Assembly: GCA_036867785.1 (NCBI GenBank)
Contig: CP145415.1
Span: 62,001-126,000 of the forward strand
Reading direction: 5' to 3'
DNA length: 64,000 bases
From: Plasmodiophora brassicae
Taxonomy: Eukaryota
Below are positions 23,768 to 35,889 of this stretch, piece by piece. A program made the translations under genes and the position numbers. How positions within the stretch are numbered: the first letter of the stretch is position 1; each line of letters starts with the position of its first letter. The notes beneath the pieces are model-generated. The model searched no databases and was not told the DNA's origin. It worked only from the letters and a program-made list of their open reading frames with translations.

Positions 23768-26020
23768 ATGAACGCCGTCTGTCTGCCCGCACGTGTGATC
23801 ACGCCCTCCACCTGCGGCGCAGCAGCCTGGATGCTTGCCTTCGTGCTGGTCGCCTTGGCCGGCACAAGCGCTGCGATCGCGAATTGGTCGACGTGCGGGA
23901 AGCCATGCGAAACGCCCAGCTCCGCCGTCTACGTGCAGCTGACGCCCGGCGACAACCCTATACGCCTTGTCGCCCTGCCGCCTACATCGGACGATAAGTA
24001 TTCGATGCTGTTCAACGCGTTGACGAACGCGGACCCAACCCTGGCCGTCTTGTTTGCCGACTTCATCTGGGCGGGCGCGTTCGCTCCGTACTTGCTCGAC
24101 CTGAACTTGGCGCTGACGCAGGACGAGCTGAACGTGGTTGCGCCACGGCTTCTGCAATTCACGACGATCAACGGCGCCCGTATCGCTGACCCGTATTACG
24201 TCAACGCAGGGTTCCTGTACTACCGCAAGGACCTCCTCGCCAAGTACGGTTTCACTGGGCCGCCATCCACCTGGGACGAACTCGAGCACCAGGCCGCTGT
24301 TATCATGGCGAACGAAACGACGACGAACCCGAACTTCTGGGGGTACTCTTGGCAAGGGTCTGCCTACGAGGGCCTCACCTGCAACGCCCTGGAGCTGTTC
24401 GCCTCGCACGGCGCAGGCACCATCGTTGACGCCGATGGCCACGTGTCCTTCAACAATGCTGCCGGTCTGAAGGCGCTAACTCGTATGCAGCGTTGGATCG
24501 GGTGGATCAGCTCGCCGGCCTGTGCCGGGTACATCGAGCCCGACAGCGAAGCAGACTTCCTCGCCGGCAACTCGGTCTTCCACCGTAACTGGCCCGCCAC
24601 ACTCGGAACACTCCAGGGCACACCTTTGCAGCATCTTGTCGGCATTGCCCTGCTGCCCAACGACGGGCCGGGGACACGATCGCACGGGACCCTGGGCGGG
24701 TGGATGGTCGGCATCAACAAAGCGGTCGCCATGCGCGGTATGGCCGTCGACATCCTCCTGGCGCTGGTCTCGCCCAAGACGCAGGTCGCCAACTTCCGCA
24801 ACTTCGGGCGCCTGCCGACGCGTTCCGACATGTACTTCGGCAGCGGCCTGTGCCAACCGTTCAATCTGTCGCACGCGCAGATCTGCGACGTGACACCGCT
24901 GCCCGACGACTACATCGTCAACCGGTTCAGCGCGCAGACCACGTCGAACTACGTGAAGGCGTCGTCGTTCGTGTACAAGGCGGTCAACGATGTACTCGTC
25001 GGGCGCATGTCGCCCCAGGACGCCCTGAACCAGGCCGAATGTCTGATGGTGGCGCTTCTGCATGGGCGCGATGCTCTCCCCGGCCACTGCCTGTTTGAGG
25101 TACGGGTGGCGAACTGGGCCACGTCGCTGGTCACGGCGATCACCTCGGTCAGCATCGTCATTGTCGTCCTGTGCATCGTTGCCGTCATGGTCCAGGCAGC
25201 GCACCCGGTGATGAAAGCGGCGTCGCCCTCGTTCTGCGTCGCCATCCTCACCGGCGGTGCCATCCTGCTCTCGTCGAACTACGCCGCTGCCGTCTACCCA
25301 CCGAGCTGGCCCGGATCCTGCTGGGTCAGCGCCTGGCTGTTCGCGGTCGGGTTCGCGTTGATGATGGGCGCGCTGATCTTCAAGCACTGGCGCGTGTATC
25401 GCATCTTCAGGTCGACGTCGTCCATCGGTGGCACCGGGTTCCGCGTCGTCAAGTTGACGAACGTGATGCTGGCCCGGTACCTGTCCATAATGCTGGCGTC
25501 CGTTGCGGCTGCCATGGTCGTCTGGATGGCTCTGCAGGGCAGTGCGCCCGTCAGCGCCCGCGTCTTCGTGCCATCGCCGTGTGCGGCGACCGACCAGGAC
25601 CTGCGCCAGTTCTCATTCGTCTGCGCGTACAACGCGCCGGGCCTGTGGCTGCTGGGTGTCGGAAGCCTGGCGTTGGTGGCGACCGCGACGGTGTTAGCGA
25701 TCAGGTCGCGTCATATCGCCATGCTCATGTACAATGAGAGCGCGCACATGGCCGTGTGCACGTACAACATCATGCTGGTCACCACGCTGACAATCCCCGT
25801 CATGGCACTAACGTCCGGGAATGCAACGACCCTGCTCGTGATCCGCGCTGTGGCAACGGTCATCGTCGTCCTGGGGTCGGTCGTGTCGCTGTTCGCGCAG
25901 AAGTTCTGGATCATTGCATTCTACTCGCCGGAGGATGTCGATAGGCTGGCAAAGCAGAGGGCCAGGAGAGACACGTTCAACACAAACATGGGAAAGGTCC
26001 AGCCGCTGCCACCTCTGTGA
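23768..26020 (+). CDS. Class C (7tm_3, GABA-B-like) GPCR with an extracellular ABC-type sugar-binding-protein domain; intronless
   Basis: SBP motifs DFIWAGAFA, AGFLYYRKDLLAKYG, PSTWDEL, WQGSAYEGLTCNALE, FHRNWP, TLGGW; 7TM motifs HPVMKAASPSF, GFALMMGALIFKHWRVYRIF, YNESAHM, LFAQKF. Confidence 0.9.
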   Translation: MNAVCLPARVITPSTCGAAAWMLAFVLVALAGTSAAIANWSTCGKPCETPSSAVYVQLTPGDNPIRLVALPPTSDDKYSMLFNALTNADPTLAVLFADFIWAGAFAPYLLDLNLALTQDELNVVAPRLLQFTTINGARIADPYYVNAGFLYYRKDLLAKYGFTGPPSTWDELEHQAAVIMANETTTNPNFWGYSWQGSAYEGLTCNALELFASHGAGTIVDADGHVSFNNAAGLKALTRMQRWIGWISSPACAGYIEPDSEADFLAGNSVFHRNWPATLGTLQGTPLQHLVGIALLPNDGPGTRSHGTLGGWMVGINKAVAMRGMAVDILLALVSPKTQVANFRNFGRLPTRSDMYFGSGLCQPFNLSHAQICDVTPLPDDYIVNRFSAQTTSNYVKASSFVYKAVNDVLVGRMSPQDALNQAECLMVALLHGRDALPGHCLFEVRVANWATSLVTAITSVSIVIVVLCIVAVMVQAAHPVMKAASPSFCVAILTGGAILLSSNYAAAVYPPSWPGSCWVSAWLFAVGFALMMGALIFKHWRVYRIFRSTSSIGGTGFRVVKLTNVMLARYLSIMLASVAAAMVVWMALQGSAPVSARVFVPSPCAATDQDLRQFSFVCAYNAPGLWLLGVGSLALVATATVLAIRSRHIAMLMYNESAHMAVCTYNIMLVTTLTIPVMALTSGNATTLLVIRAVATVIVVLGSVVSLFAQKFWIIAFYSPEDVDRLAKQRARRDTFNTNMGKVQPLPPL

Positions 26021-26209
26021 CAAAGACGGATTCCAACGCGGCAGCTGGTCAGTCGTCTGTCCTATGCTGCTCAGTACTGTTGCGATGTTGCCCACGTCGC
26101 GTTCGCGGAGTCCGTCGCGTGCAGTCTCGGAGTCCGCTGCACTGTGGCGCGCCTCCCACACGCCCCGCAGAGAGAGAGAGCGTGAGCGAGCGAGTGAGAC
26201 AGACCTGCG

Positions 26210-29200
26210 ATGGGTCGTGTGCTCGTTGGTAACCGCCGCGTCGAGCTCAGCGAATTCGTTGGCGTTGCCGCGCACGGCGACCCCGTTGTTCTGGACACTG
26301 GCGTCCTGAAGCAGGTCGACGAGGCGACGGCGGCGGCGCCGGCGCCGGTGCCCGCCCGGCCGGACCTGCGCGCCGATGACGCCGCGCCAGTCCTCGACGA
26401 ATGGGACGCGCGTGCCGTCGTCCTGCAGGTCGTCGTCCGCCTCATGCACGGGCGGTTCGGCGTGCGCTCATCCGTGATCGCCTCCATTGCCGACCTGCTC
26501 GGCGTCGGCACGCTGGCCCTGCCCGCGCGGCACACCGTCGACGCGATCGTCGACAAGAGCGGCCTGGCCGATTCGATCACCGCCGACGAGTACAGCGCCC
26601 TGGCCGCCGGCATGCCCGTCCTGCTCGGGGCCGCCACCTGCCCCGCGTACGCGCTCCTGCACCTCATCCACACCGCCGACGTCGTCGCCGCCTTGTCGCT
26701 GGAGGCCGCTGGCGCCGACCTGGAACCATTCGTAGGAGCGTCGGCCCGTGCGACGCCGTGCACTGACCGCGCTCGTGTGTGTCTCGATAGGCGTTTCAGT
26801 ACCATGAGGAGGTTCGCCCGCACGCGGGCCAGGTCGGCGTCGCGGCGACACTGCGCGTCCTGCTGAAGGGGTCCCAGTTCGTCGGGAAGCGCCCCGACGG
26901 CGACCTGGACGCGTTCCGGTGCATCCCGCAGTACCATGGGCCGGCGAAGGAGCTGGCGCAGGCGGTGGCGCGCGCCCTGGCCATCGAGCTGAACAGCGCG
27001 GAGGCGGCGACGAACGACGCCCACGGGACGTTCCACGTTCAGCCGTTGCTGACCGCGCTGGCGAGCCTCCTGGCCGCGTCCGCCCTGATCGCCGCCGGGG
27101 CCCGGTATCGCGCCGACGCCCTCGTCAACCATGCCGCTTCGTAGGTCGCCCGCCCTGTTCCATGTCGAAGCGTAATGTGTGTGTGTCTGTGTGTCGAACA
27201 GGCTGGGCCTGCCAGCGCCGTCGACCACGATGGCGAACGCGCTCGAGGAGCTGGTCGCTGCCGAGCGCGAGGTGCAGGCGGCCGCGTCGGCGTCGGTCGC
27301 CGAGGCTGCGAACGTCGGCGACGACCGTGCGATGTGCCGGGTCGTGGTTGGCAGGGTGGCACGGGCCCGCGCCCTGCTGCAGAAGGTGGTCGACATCGAA
27401 GCGGAGATCGCCCGGCGCTCCCTGCAATCGCGGTACGCGACCGTTTCGCGTGTGCCGCCCGCGCGCTCAACCCGTGTGTGTCCCGTACAGGATCGACGAG
27501 AAGGTCGCGAAGCACAACGAGTCGGAGCAGGTCAAGCGGAAGCGGATGGACGACCGGCGCAAGACCGTCCAGGTCCAGCTGGCTGCCAAACCTGGTGACG
27601 AGCGACTGCTGAAGCAGCTGAAGGTGTGCACCCGTCACCGTGTTTGTTGCCGCGTTCGCTGACGGACCGTACCTGTTGCAGAACCTGGAGTACGTCCCCA
27701 GTGAGTACAAGGCGACGCTGGGCGCGGGCACCGGCCCCTTCTTCGAGCGCCTGTCTGCCGGCGGGAAGGTCGACGTGATGGACCGCGACTTTATCGCCCT
27801 TGTGGAGACGATCACGACCGCGTCGAACGAGTCGCGCAAGGCGAAACGCCCGAAAGGCACGCGCGATTTCGGCCGCGACGAGATGATGATCCGCGAGCGC
27901 GTCTTCGACACGATCCGGCGCGTGTTCCAGTTGCACGGCGCCGTCGGCATCGACACGCCCGTCTTTGAGCTGCGCGAGACGCTCATGGGCAAGTACGGCG
28001 AGGACTCGAAGCTCATCTACGACCTCGCCGACCAGGGCGGCGAGAAGCTGTCCCTGCGCTACGACCTGACCGTCCCCTTCGCCAGGTGAACGCTCGGTAC
28101 GTTCCGCGATCAGATGGACCCTGGCGCTGATCAGCGGCGGCACACGTCAGGTACCTTGCCAGCAACAACATCAGCAGCATCAAGAGGTATCACATCGCGC
28201 GCGTCTACCGTCGCGACAACCCGGCCATGTCGCGCGGCCGGTTCCGCGAGTTTTACCAGTGCGACTTTGACATCGCCGGCACGTACGACCTGATGATGCC
28301 CGATGCCGAAGCCGTGGCCGTCATGTGCGAGATCCTAGCCGCCCTCGGCCTGAACTTCGAGGTCAAGCTCAACCACCGGTCGCTGCTGGACGCCATCATG
28401 GCCGTGTGCGACGTGCCACCCGAGAAGTTCAGGACGATCTGCAGCGCCATTGACAAGCTCGACAAGGAACCCTGGGCTGTCGTTCGCGAGGAGATGCTCG
28501 AGAAGGGCCTCGAGGCGTCGTCTGCCGACCGCCTGGAGGTAGGACGCGTCGCGCGCCACGCTGCGACCTTCCCGTCCCTGATTGCTGGCCACAGGGTTAC
28601 GTTGCGATGCGGGGGCAACCTCGCAAGGTCCTGCAGGAGTTGCAATCGATGGACGCGATCTCGAAGTCGGCGGGCACGACGCTGACGCACCTGGCGACGC
28701 TGTTCGACTACCTGGACGCGTTCGGAGCGCTCCCGTACGTCTCGTTCGACATGAGCCTGGCCCGGGGCCTGGACTACTACACGGGCGTCATCTACGAGGC
28801 CGTCCTGACCGACACCGATCAGGTCGGGTCCATTGCCGCCGGCGGACGGTACGACCGCCTCGTCGGCATGTTCCTGCCGGGCAACAAGCAGATCCCGGCC
28901 GTTGGCGTCAGCATCGGCATCGAGCGCATCTTCACCATCATCGAGGTACGCTAACGCCGGCGACGCTCTTCGCGTTCTGACGATGTTGTTCAGCAACGGG
29001 AGCGGGCCAAATCGACAACGGGTGCCATTCAGGCGACGTACGTGCAGGCGCTGGTGGCGTCGGTCGGCGGCGACCTGTCTGTGGCTCGGATGCGGGTCCT
29101 GAGCGAGCTGTGGCGCGCGGGCATCAAGGCCGAGATGATCCAGAAGCGCAACCCGTACTTTGAGCGACAGCTCGAGCACGCCCTGAACAACCATATCCCG

Positions 29201-29332
29201 TACATTGTCCTGTTCGGCCAGGACGAGCTCGACAAGGGCGCCGTCAAGGTCAAGGATGTCGTCAAGCAGGTCGAACACGTCGTCCCGCGTGACCGCCTTG
29301 TCGAGTTCCTGCGCGCCGGTCTGCACCTCTAG
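26210..29332 (+). CDS. HARS: Histidyl-tRNA synthetase with N-terminal histidine-ammonia-lyase-like domain, multi-exon
   Basis: [71 protein letters not shown]-terminal PHPGQ and FRCIPQYHG. Confidence 0.95.
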
Positions 29333-29666
29333 AGTCTAATCCACCTACCTAGTTGTGCCCATTGTTGTCACTACAGAACGGTTGCATATCGTGGCGTGCT
29401 ACACCCATTGCGTCGTGAATTCATCGCCATGGCGCGCGATGGACGTCACGAATTTCGCCAAGCACAGCAGGAGACGAAGACGTACCCGCAGGCGCGTGGT
29501 GGGCGGCGACATGAAGACGTCAATTCTTGTATGCGTGCACGCCAGTAGAAACGGGAGCAATTCTGCCACTGTCGAGACGACTATTCAGATACGCCGCTCA
29601 AAGGGTACATTCTGAATCGAAGAGGTATGGTGCAAACAGACGCGTGCGCCCGACGTCTCGTTCAGG

Positions 29667-30024
29667 TTACTCTTGGTCCGCTGCGTAGTCGTAGTCATCG
29701 CGTAGCTCTTGCTCGCGCCGTGCTTCCTCCTCTGCTGCCCGCCGTCCCATTACGCTGTCCCTGTAGCGGTTGTCACGGTCCGCGTCGGTGTTGTTGTCGG
29801 GCTCGAGCCTGCGCATGAGCTCTTCAGCAAAAGGGCCGCCAGGGGCAAACTGCGAGACACAGTCCCAGGCGGTGCGGCCGTAATAAAAGTCTTCGCGGTT
29901 CTTATCGATTCCTTCCGCACCAAGCAACAATTCGACGATCCGGCGATTGCGCCCGTTACCCACGGCATCGTGCAACGGCGTCCAGCCGTAACCGTCACAT
30001 ATGTTGACATCGACGCCGGGGACG
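29667..30024 (-). pseudogene. Ankyrin gene copy 2, only the 3' end (truncated at 30024 by the inserted block)
   Basis: VPGVDVNICDGYGWTPLHDAVGNG...EELMRRLEPDNNTDADR is homologous to copies 1 and 3; homology stops abruptly at GACGCCGGGGACG. Confidence 0.85.
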
Positions 30025-31490
30025 TATCGACACGAAGGAGGGGGGGGGGGGGGGATGTCGGCGCACGTCATCGGTGATTGTGCCGTCGCTTTGCACCCAG
30101 TGCAGCGAGGACCGCTGTTCGGCGCAACGGAACGCCAGCGCGGCCTGCAGGGAGCGTTTCCGCGCGAATGCAACTGGTCTACTTGTTCTGAACGCTCTGG
30201 TTGTGGATACATGCATGCCGGACAGGGAGGGCGGCGGGTCGTTAACAGGCGGCGACGGACACGAAAGCGTTTGCTGGGAATCGGGTGAAAGGTACTGTTG
30301 TACCAGCCCGCGGCCATGCCCGACCTGCTTACGTCGCTGGAGTGGTCTGATTGGCCATAATTTGCCATGATCGACAGGCAGGTGGCGGGAGACGACGGAG
30401 CCCATGCCCGGCAACGGGCCCCGTCCCCCTGCACCGTTTTCTTCGAACGATGCCGCTCGGTGGCGGCTGACGCCAGGACGACATGCAGGCGCGGGACACG
30501 CACGTGTAGACTTCGTCTGCTTGTATTGAACGGTTCAACTGGTGAAGATGTGACGGCCAGAATGGCGGCGGGTCTTCGACGGCAGGCACGCGTTCGCATG
30601 TCGACCGGCGGCAACTGGCGCTGGGCACCGCTGGTCTGCTGGACAATCTGCAGGCCAGGCCAGCGACGCTCGCCAGGCGGACGGACGGCGACCTCAGTGG
30701 CGCTCTTGGTGGTTCGGCACACACATCGATGCATGGTGTAGGTCAGGGCGCGCCAGACCGATCGCAGCGAGCGGCGGGTGGCCAGGTCGCCACCTCCGCT
30801 GAGGATCAGGCCAGCGCGGTGCTGGACCCGGCCAGGCCCGGAAGGAAGCCGCTGCCCCGCTGCGGTTGATGCTGGACGGGAGATGGCAGGCGACTGCAGG
30901 CGTACCCTGTCCAGCACGAGTTAGACGGCCTGGGTCTGTGCCTGAGGCGACGATTCGTACCCGGCGGCGAGGTGCAGGGCATACTCACAGACGTGCTTGA
31001 CGCGACGTGTTACATGCGGCTAATGAGTTCGACGACGCGCGCGAAGTCAAGCGTCCAGCAGGACGTGTTGAGATCGTATTGGGTCTGTTGGGGGAATGTC
31101 ACTGGTCGGCGGCGACGTCGACCCAGGTGCAGGCAGGCGTGTCGTCAGGGACGACCTGCCGTGTGATGTCGAAGACAACGGCATGTCGGGCGGCCATGAA
31201 ATGAGCCGACCCTCTAATTGTCGGCGTATCGCAGCGACATGTTGTTGGAGCCAGCCCGACGGGACATCTGCGCGTGCGCGTCGACCTCGATGAGCGAATG
31301 AGGCCGTTCCTGGAGCGTCCGAGCGACATTTAAAGTCATCCAGGGTTGCGTGAATATTCAAGGACCAGACCCGACTCCACGTCGTCCAGAGTCCAGTCAG
31401 TTTGCGAGCCACGTACAACGAGCGTGTTCTCTGAGAGGCTGCTCGCTCCACGGACTTGGCCATTGCGCATTCCGCAACGCATCATCATCA

Positions 31491-33815
31491 ATGGCGTCAT
31501 CGTCGTCGTCGGAACCGCTGTCGCCCTCCTCGTCATCATGGCTCAACGAGTGTGTCGATGCACTAATGGGGGTCGTCGCCGTCTATCGTGAAACCTCACA
31601 CGTCGACATGGACCAAACTTGGCTGCATCTTCAAGCGCTACTGGCTTTGCCCGCTGATCGGCGGTCCGAACAGAACGCCAACATGCTAATTCAGATGTAC
31701 AACGATCGACTGCGGGCCGCTGCCGATATACCTGTCTTGCCACCGCAGTACCGTCGTGGTGATCTGGCAGCCGCTGCGTCCGACACCGCCGCCCACGAGT
31801 ATAACAAGTTGAGGCCGTCCATGCAGCGCAATAAGTTCCCGTTGGCGTCCCTGTCTCGGGCATATTCTCTGTCGCAATTTGGCGTCGTCTCAGACTATGC
31901 GCTGCAGCAGCTGGTTCCCAACTTCAACCGTGACGCGTCTGGGAGCATCGCCTGGCAGAACGAGGTCTCAGGAGACGGCGACACAATGATGGCGTTGCTG
32001 CCAGACGAAGGCTGGTTCCCATCGCGCATGGTCAAGCGGTCGCTCGACGTCAACAACGGTGGTGATATCATCAAGAATCAGTACGTCCGGTACTGTCGGG
32101 AGGTCGCCATCGGTGTCGTCGTCGAGTTTCAGCAATCAACCCTGAGCGGCGAGCGCCAAGAGCTGCAGTTCCACTGCCGCTTATGGGACCGGCTCCTTAA
32201 CGCATTGCTGCGTCCGCTGTCCAAACCGCTGTTGACGTCGGTGTTGGAGCTGTCTATGGCCGGCGTGATTGAGGGGTACTCCCCGCAGTTCGCTGACTAC
32301 GCGTGCATGCTGGCTCCAGATAACAACGATGAGGATCGTGTTGCCAGAGCACGGCAGCTGCCTCTGCTTCTGGTCGAAGTATCGGCGCACGCCGTCGGGA
32401 ACGAAGAAGATCATAAGGATTTCCGCAAATTGCTCGTCATGATGGCGGTGACGCTGCTTGCACGCATCGGTTCTGTTCGACGTCGTCCTGTCGGCGAACG
32501 GAGCAGCTTGCGCCAGTTCGGGTTGCTTGTCGGCGCGTTCCAATTCCAGCCAGTTGTCATGATTCCGATTTTTGATAACGACCACGATGCGGGCCGTGTG
32601 TCGTTCGTTGCTCGCTGCGACCCGACCTGGCGATCCTTCGTACGGACGCCGTCGCATGAAGCAGTGCAGCTCCAGGGTGTCTACAGCGACATTGAGGCGC
32701 CGCAGTCGTTGGACCGCGACAATGAGGCGTTCCTCACGGAGTTGGCGCATCGCGTCGCATCGGCCGCCGCTGCAGTCGCTCGCACAAGACCCCCTCCTGA
32801 TCCGGCGCCGCAACAAGCCGACGTCCTGAATCGGCTCCGCTCATTGTCCTCCTTTTGCGACGCCGTGCGTCGTCAGGCCAGTGTCTACCACGCGATGCTG
32901 TCGCAGGGCGACGTCGACGACGCGTTTCCGTACCCGACATCGTTTGGCCCCCCACCGTCATCGCGGCCATCCACGGCGAAGCGGCCGCATTCGCAGCGGA
33001 CGCCGTCGAAAAAATCAGGGAGTCCGCGCACGAGTTCTTCTGGTCGTCCACCGCGCAAACGCGGACGCTCCGACGGACCAAGTCGTACTCGCCAAGCTGC
33101 GTCTGTCGCACTCGTCGATGACCTCGCCGTCAAACACAAGATGGGCAGCGCCGCCGAAGAGCCCGCGCTCATGCGGGACTCGCAGGGCGACGGCGTCGCA
33201 CGCCTGTTCGGGTCCATCGTCTTGCCGCGCAGCAACGGCGGCGGCGTTGTTCTTGTTGAAGAGTGCCTCGACGACGTCGATTTCGGGCAGTTGTCAGTTA
33301 ACGACATCGGCTTGGTGCTTGTGCGCTTATTTATCGACGGCTTGGCCGCACTCGGCACGTTATCTCGCGCCGGCATTGTCCACCGCGACATTAACCCGAA
33401 CAACATCATGTACAGCGTCGCCGTGCAAGGTTGGCGGGTGACCGATTTTGATCTGGCGTGCCGTGTGGACGACCCGCAGACGGGCGTGGAGCTGCGACCC
33501 GGTGCCGGTACCCAAGGGTACATCGCGCCGGAAGCGCTGGACGCCGGCGTCTATTCGGCGGCCTCCGACATGTGGAGCCTGGGTCGCACAGCGGCGTATT
33601 TCCTGTCCTGTGCTCAGGACGAGGTGTGGAGGCGCCCCGACGCTCCCCACAAGTTCGACGACGTTCTTTGCCACCTGGAGATGATAGCGCACAACATGTC
33701 GGCACGGGAGCCCGCCCAACGCACCGTATCGCCGAGCGTCCACGAATTCCTGGTCGACTTGCACAATGAGTTCCAGCAGAACGCTGCGGACAACGGCTTC
33801 ATTGCTCGGCGATGA
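31491..33815 (+). CDS. Intronless protein with a putative restriction-endonuclease-like domain and a C-terminal protein kinase
   Basis: LAVKH, HRDINPNNIM, DFDLA, GTQGYIAPE, SDMWSLG; upstream FADY...LLLVEVS...HKDFRKL; basic NLS-like RPPRKRGR. Confidence 0.8.
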   Translation: MASSSSSEPLSPSSSSWLNECVDALMGVVAVYRETSHVDMDQTWLHLQALLALPADRRSEQNANMLIQMYNDRLRAAADIPVLPPQYRRGDLAAAASDTAAHEYNKLRPSMQRNKFPLASLSRAYSLSQFGVVSDYALQQLVPNFNRDASGSIAWQNEVSGDGDTMMALLPDEGWFPSRMVKRSLDVNNGGDIIKNQYVRYCREVAIGVVVEFQQSTLSGERQELQFHCRLWDRLLNALLRPLSKPLLTSVLELSMAGVIEGYSPQFADYACMLAPDNNDEDRVARARQLPLLLVEVSAHAVGNEEDHKDFRKLLVMMAVTLLARIGSVRRRPVGERSSLRQFGLLVGAFQFQPVVMIPIFDNDHDAGRVSFVARCDPTWRSFVRTPSHEAVQLQGVYSDIEAPQSLDRDNEAFLTELAHRVASAAAAVARTRPPPDPAPQQADVLNRLRSLSSFCDAVRRQASVYHAMLSQGDVDDAFPYPTSFGPPPSSRPSTAKRPHSQRTPSKKSGSPRTSSSGRPPRKRGRSDGPSRTRQAASVALVDDLAVKHKMGSAAEEPALMRDSQGDGVARLFGSIVLPRSNGGGVVLVEECLDDVDFGQLSVNDIGLVLVRLFIDGLAALGTLSRAGIVHRDINPNNIMYSVAVQGWRVTDFDLACRVDDPQTGVELRPGAGTQGYIAPEALDAGVYSAASDMWSLGRTAAYFLSCAQDEVWRRPDAPHKFDDVLCHLEMIAHNMSAREPAQRTVSPSVHEFLVDLHNEFQQNAADNGFIARR

Positions 33816-35889
33816 ATCTCCTCGGTCACCCGCACACCATCGCTTGTCGTCATCGTCAGGCCACCACTCTCTCGGGCTTTTCAGTTCGATACAACAATCC
33901 GTCTTCCCGTCCGGTCGCATGTCACGCGGAACAATGGCCCCTTGTGGGCTACCACTACCTGACTTCGTGGATCGATCGTGTGACGGTAGTGACTCTCTGC
34001 TTTGTGCACTGTGAGGCACGCCGAAACGTCCGAGCAAGAAGCAGGGCGCGGCTGCAAAGAGCATCCATGGGTTTACAAACTAGAGTGGAGCATTTTACAG
34101 CCTTTAGAGTGTTGACTCACACCTGCTCGGCGGTGAGTACAGACATGGGCCGATTGAGTTAGAGGGTCTGGGAGGGCGTCCGATACCTTTATACGAGGGG
34201 GCTCGCGAACTCGTGCAACGCTCAGTACGGGGCGGGCCCAACGCCGCTAGACAACCGCGGCCGAGGACGCATATCGATTCGTTCGACGAGGTATACGAAG
34301 TGTGCATCGATCGCATTGGTTCGGCATCGCAGGTCGACGACATCATGACACGCGTGTACGTTTGTTGTTCTGGACCCGTTGTAGGTCGGCATTGAAGAGG
34401 CAGGGAGGGTCGCATCGCGCCCGACTCCAGATACAGGCTCAGCGCAGGTTGGTCGGTTGCAGCGAACGGTGACCTGCTGGTCTGGCTGGTGGCATCGCTT
34501 CTGCAGGTCAACAATCCGCCCGCCCACCGCTATGTATCAGAGAGTTCTGCAAGCAGCTGCCCACTGCGGAATACTTCGTCTGGAGATGATTTCGTTGCAG
34601 GGCGGGTCGTTTCAGCATGACTTCGTCTAGATGGTGGCGCCGTGGGCGGGCGGCTCCGCATTGCGCCGTCTGCGCTCAGCCGCCGGGCGTCGACGTCGGC
34701 GCAAGGCGTGGCTGCCGACGGTCGTCCGGAGGCCTGGTGCTACTCGTCCGCATGTCTCTGCCTCAAGGTGATCCCGTTCCCATACCGACGTGGTGTGGCC
34801 TGGGTGCGGCCGAGGGGTTGCTGCTGGCGTACCGTATATCTGGCCGGTCGCCAGTCCCGCCGCATGCCTCGCAATGACGCCACAGGCCGATGGCCGCCGA
34901 GGTACGTGCCCGTTAACCTTTCGCGTTTCGCAACGACTGACATGGATTGGCAGACGTGACAAGTGCTGTTCCAGATTCCTGGCAAATCCGGTATCAGCGG
35001 GGTTGCAACCATATGACGGCCGGAGCTGCGCCGGCTAAAACACGTCCTGTTAGACGGCTGGCCACGAGCCCAATACGTTTAGGCGACCGCACAACGCGTT
35101 CTGGACAGGTGTGATTGTCGCCTAATGCATCGGTCCAGGCCCGCTGACACATGATCGACATGTCACGCCGCCTTCGCCCACTCTCCTGTCCACCATGAGC
35201 GCCTGCAAGACAGCAATGGTCCCAACATCCGCGCCAACCTGCACTTCAGCTGAGATGGAGCCCTGTCGGGCCGCCGAGCGCTGCAATCGATCGCGGACGC
35301 CCTGCTCTGCACCATGCGCCATCGATGTCGAGCCGACCAACAAGGGCATTGTCGAGCTGTCTGTCTGCATGTCGAGCGTCGCCCTGCGCATGTTGTCCAG
35401 CAGGGCGGGGGCGCTCAGCGCTCACTGCCGCCGGTCGTTGTTGCACCGTATAACTTCACTGTGCCGTGTTGCCCTCGGTAGCACATGTAACGGCTGCAGT
35501 ATCCCATGTTCCTGGCGAGGTTGCAGAGCCGTTTTCCTGCTGCGGGCGCTGCTCGTTTATGTTGTCTTCCTGCCGGGTTTCCTTCAACGCCTTCTCTGAC
35601 GGATGTTGTCGTGTACAGGCGTTACATACTCGCGCTACCTGCCATGGACAAGGTTGCGTCATGTGAACAACGTGGTCGTCGGTGCTGTCGCGACGAACGG
35701 CTTTCCGTCCATCTGTTCCAGTTTCGCCTCGTTATCGAGGTATGCTTGGCACGCGTCATGGGCTTCGCTGCTGGCCGTCCCGGTGGTATCGAGGCGCTGG
35801 TCTGCGCCAGCGCATTGGCGTCCCGTCTGCAGAGGGGTAGGTAGGCTTCTACATTTATTGATCAACGTGGCCGAATAAAATCTGAACGT

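Noticed and set aside
30025-30062. Helitron 3' end at the left edge of the 11-kb block
   Set aside because: Only a weak hairpin around a G-run; no CTRR terminus and no Rep/helicase.
29667-30917. 416-aa ORF as a real chimeric ankyrin gene
   Set aside because: Read-through across an insertion breakpoint and a G-run; no signal peptide or ATG start.
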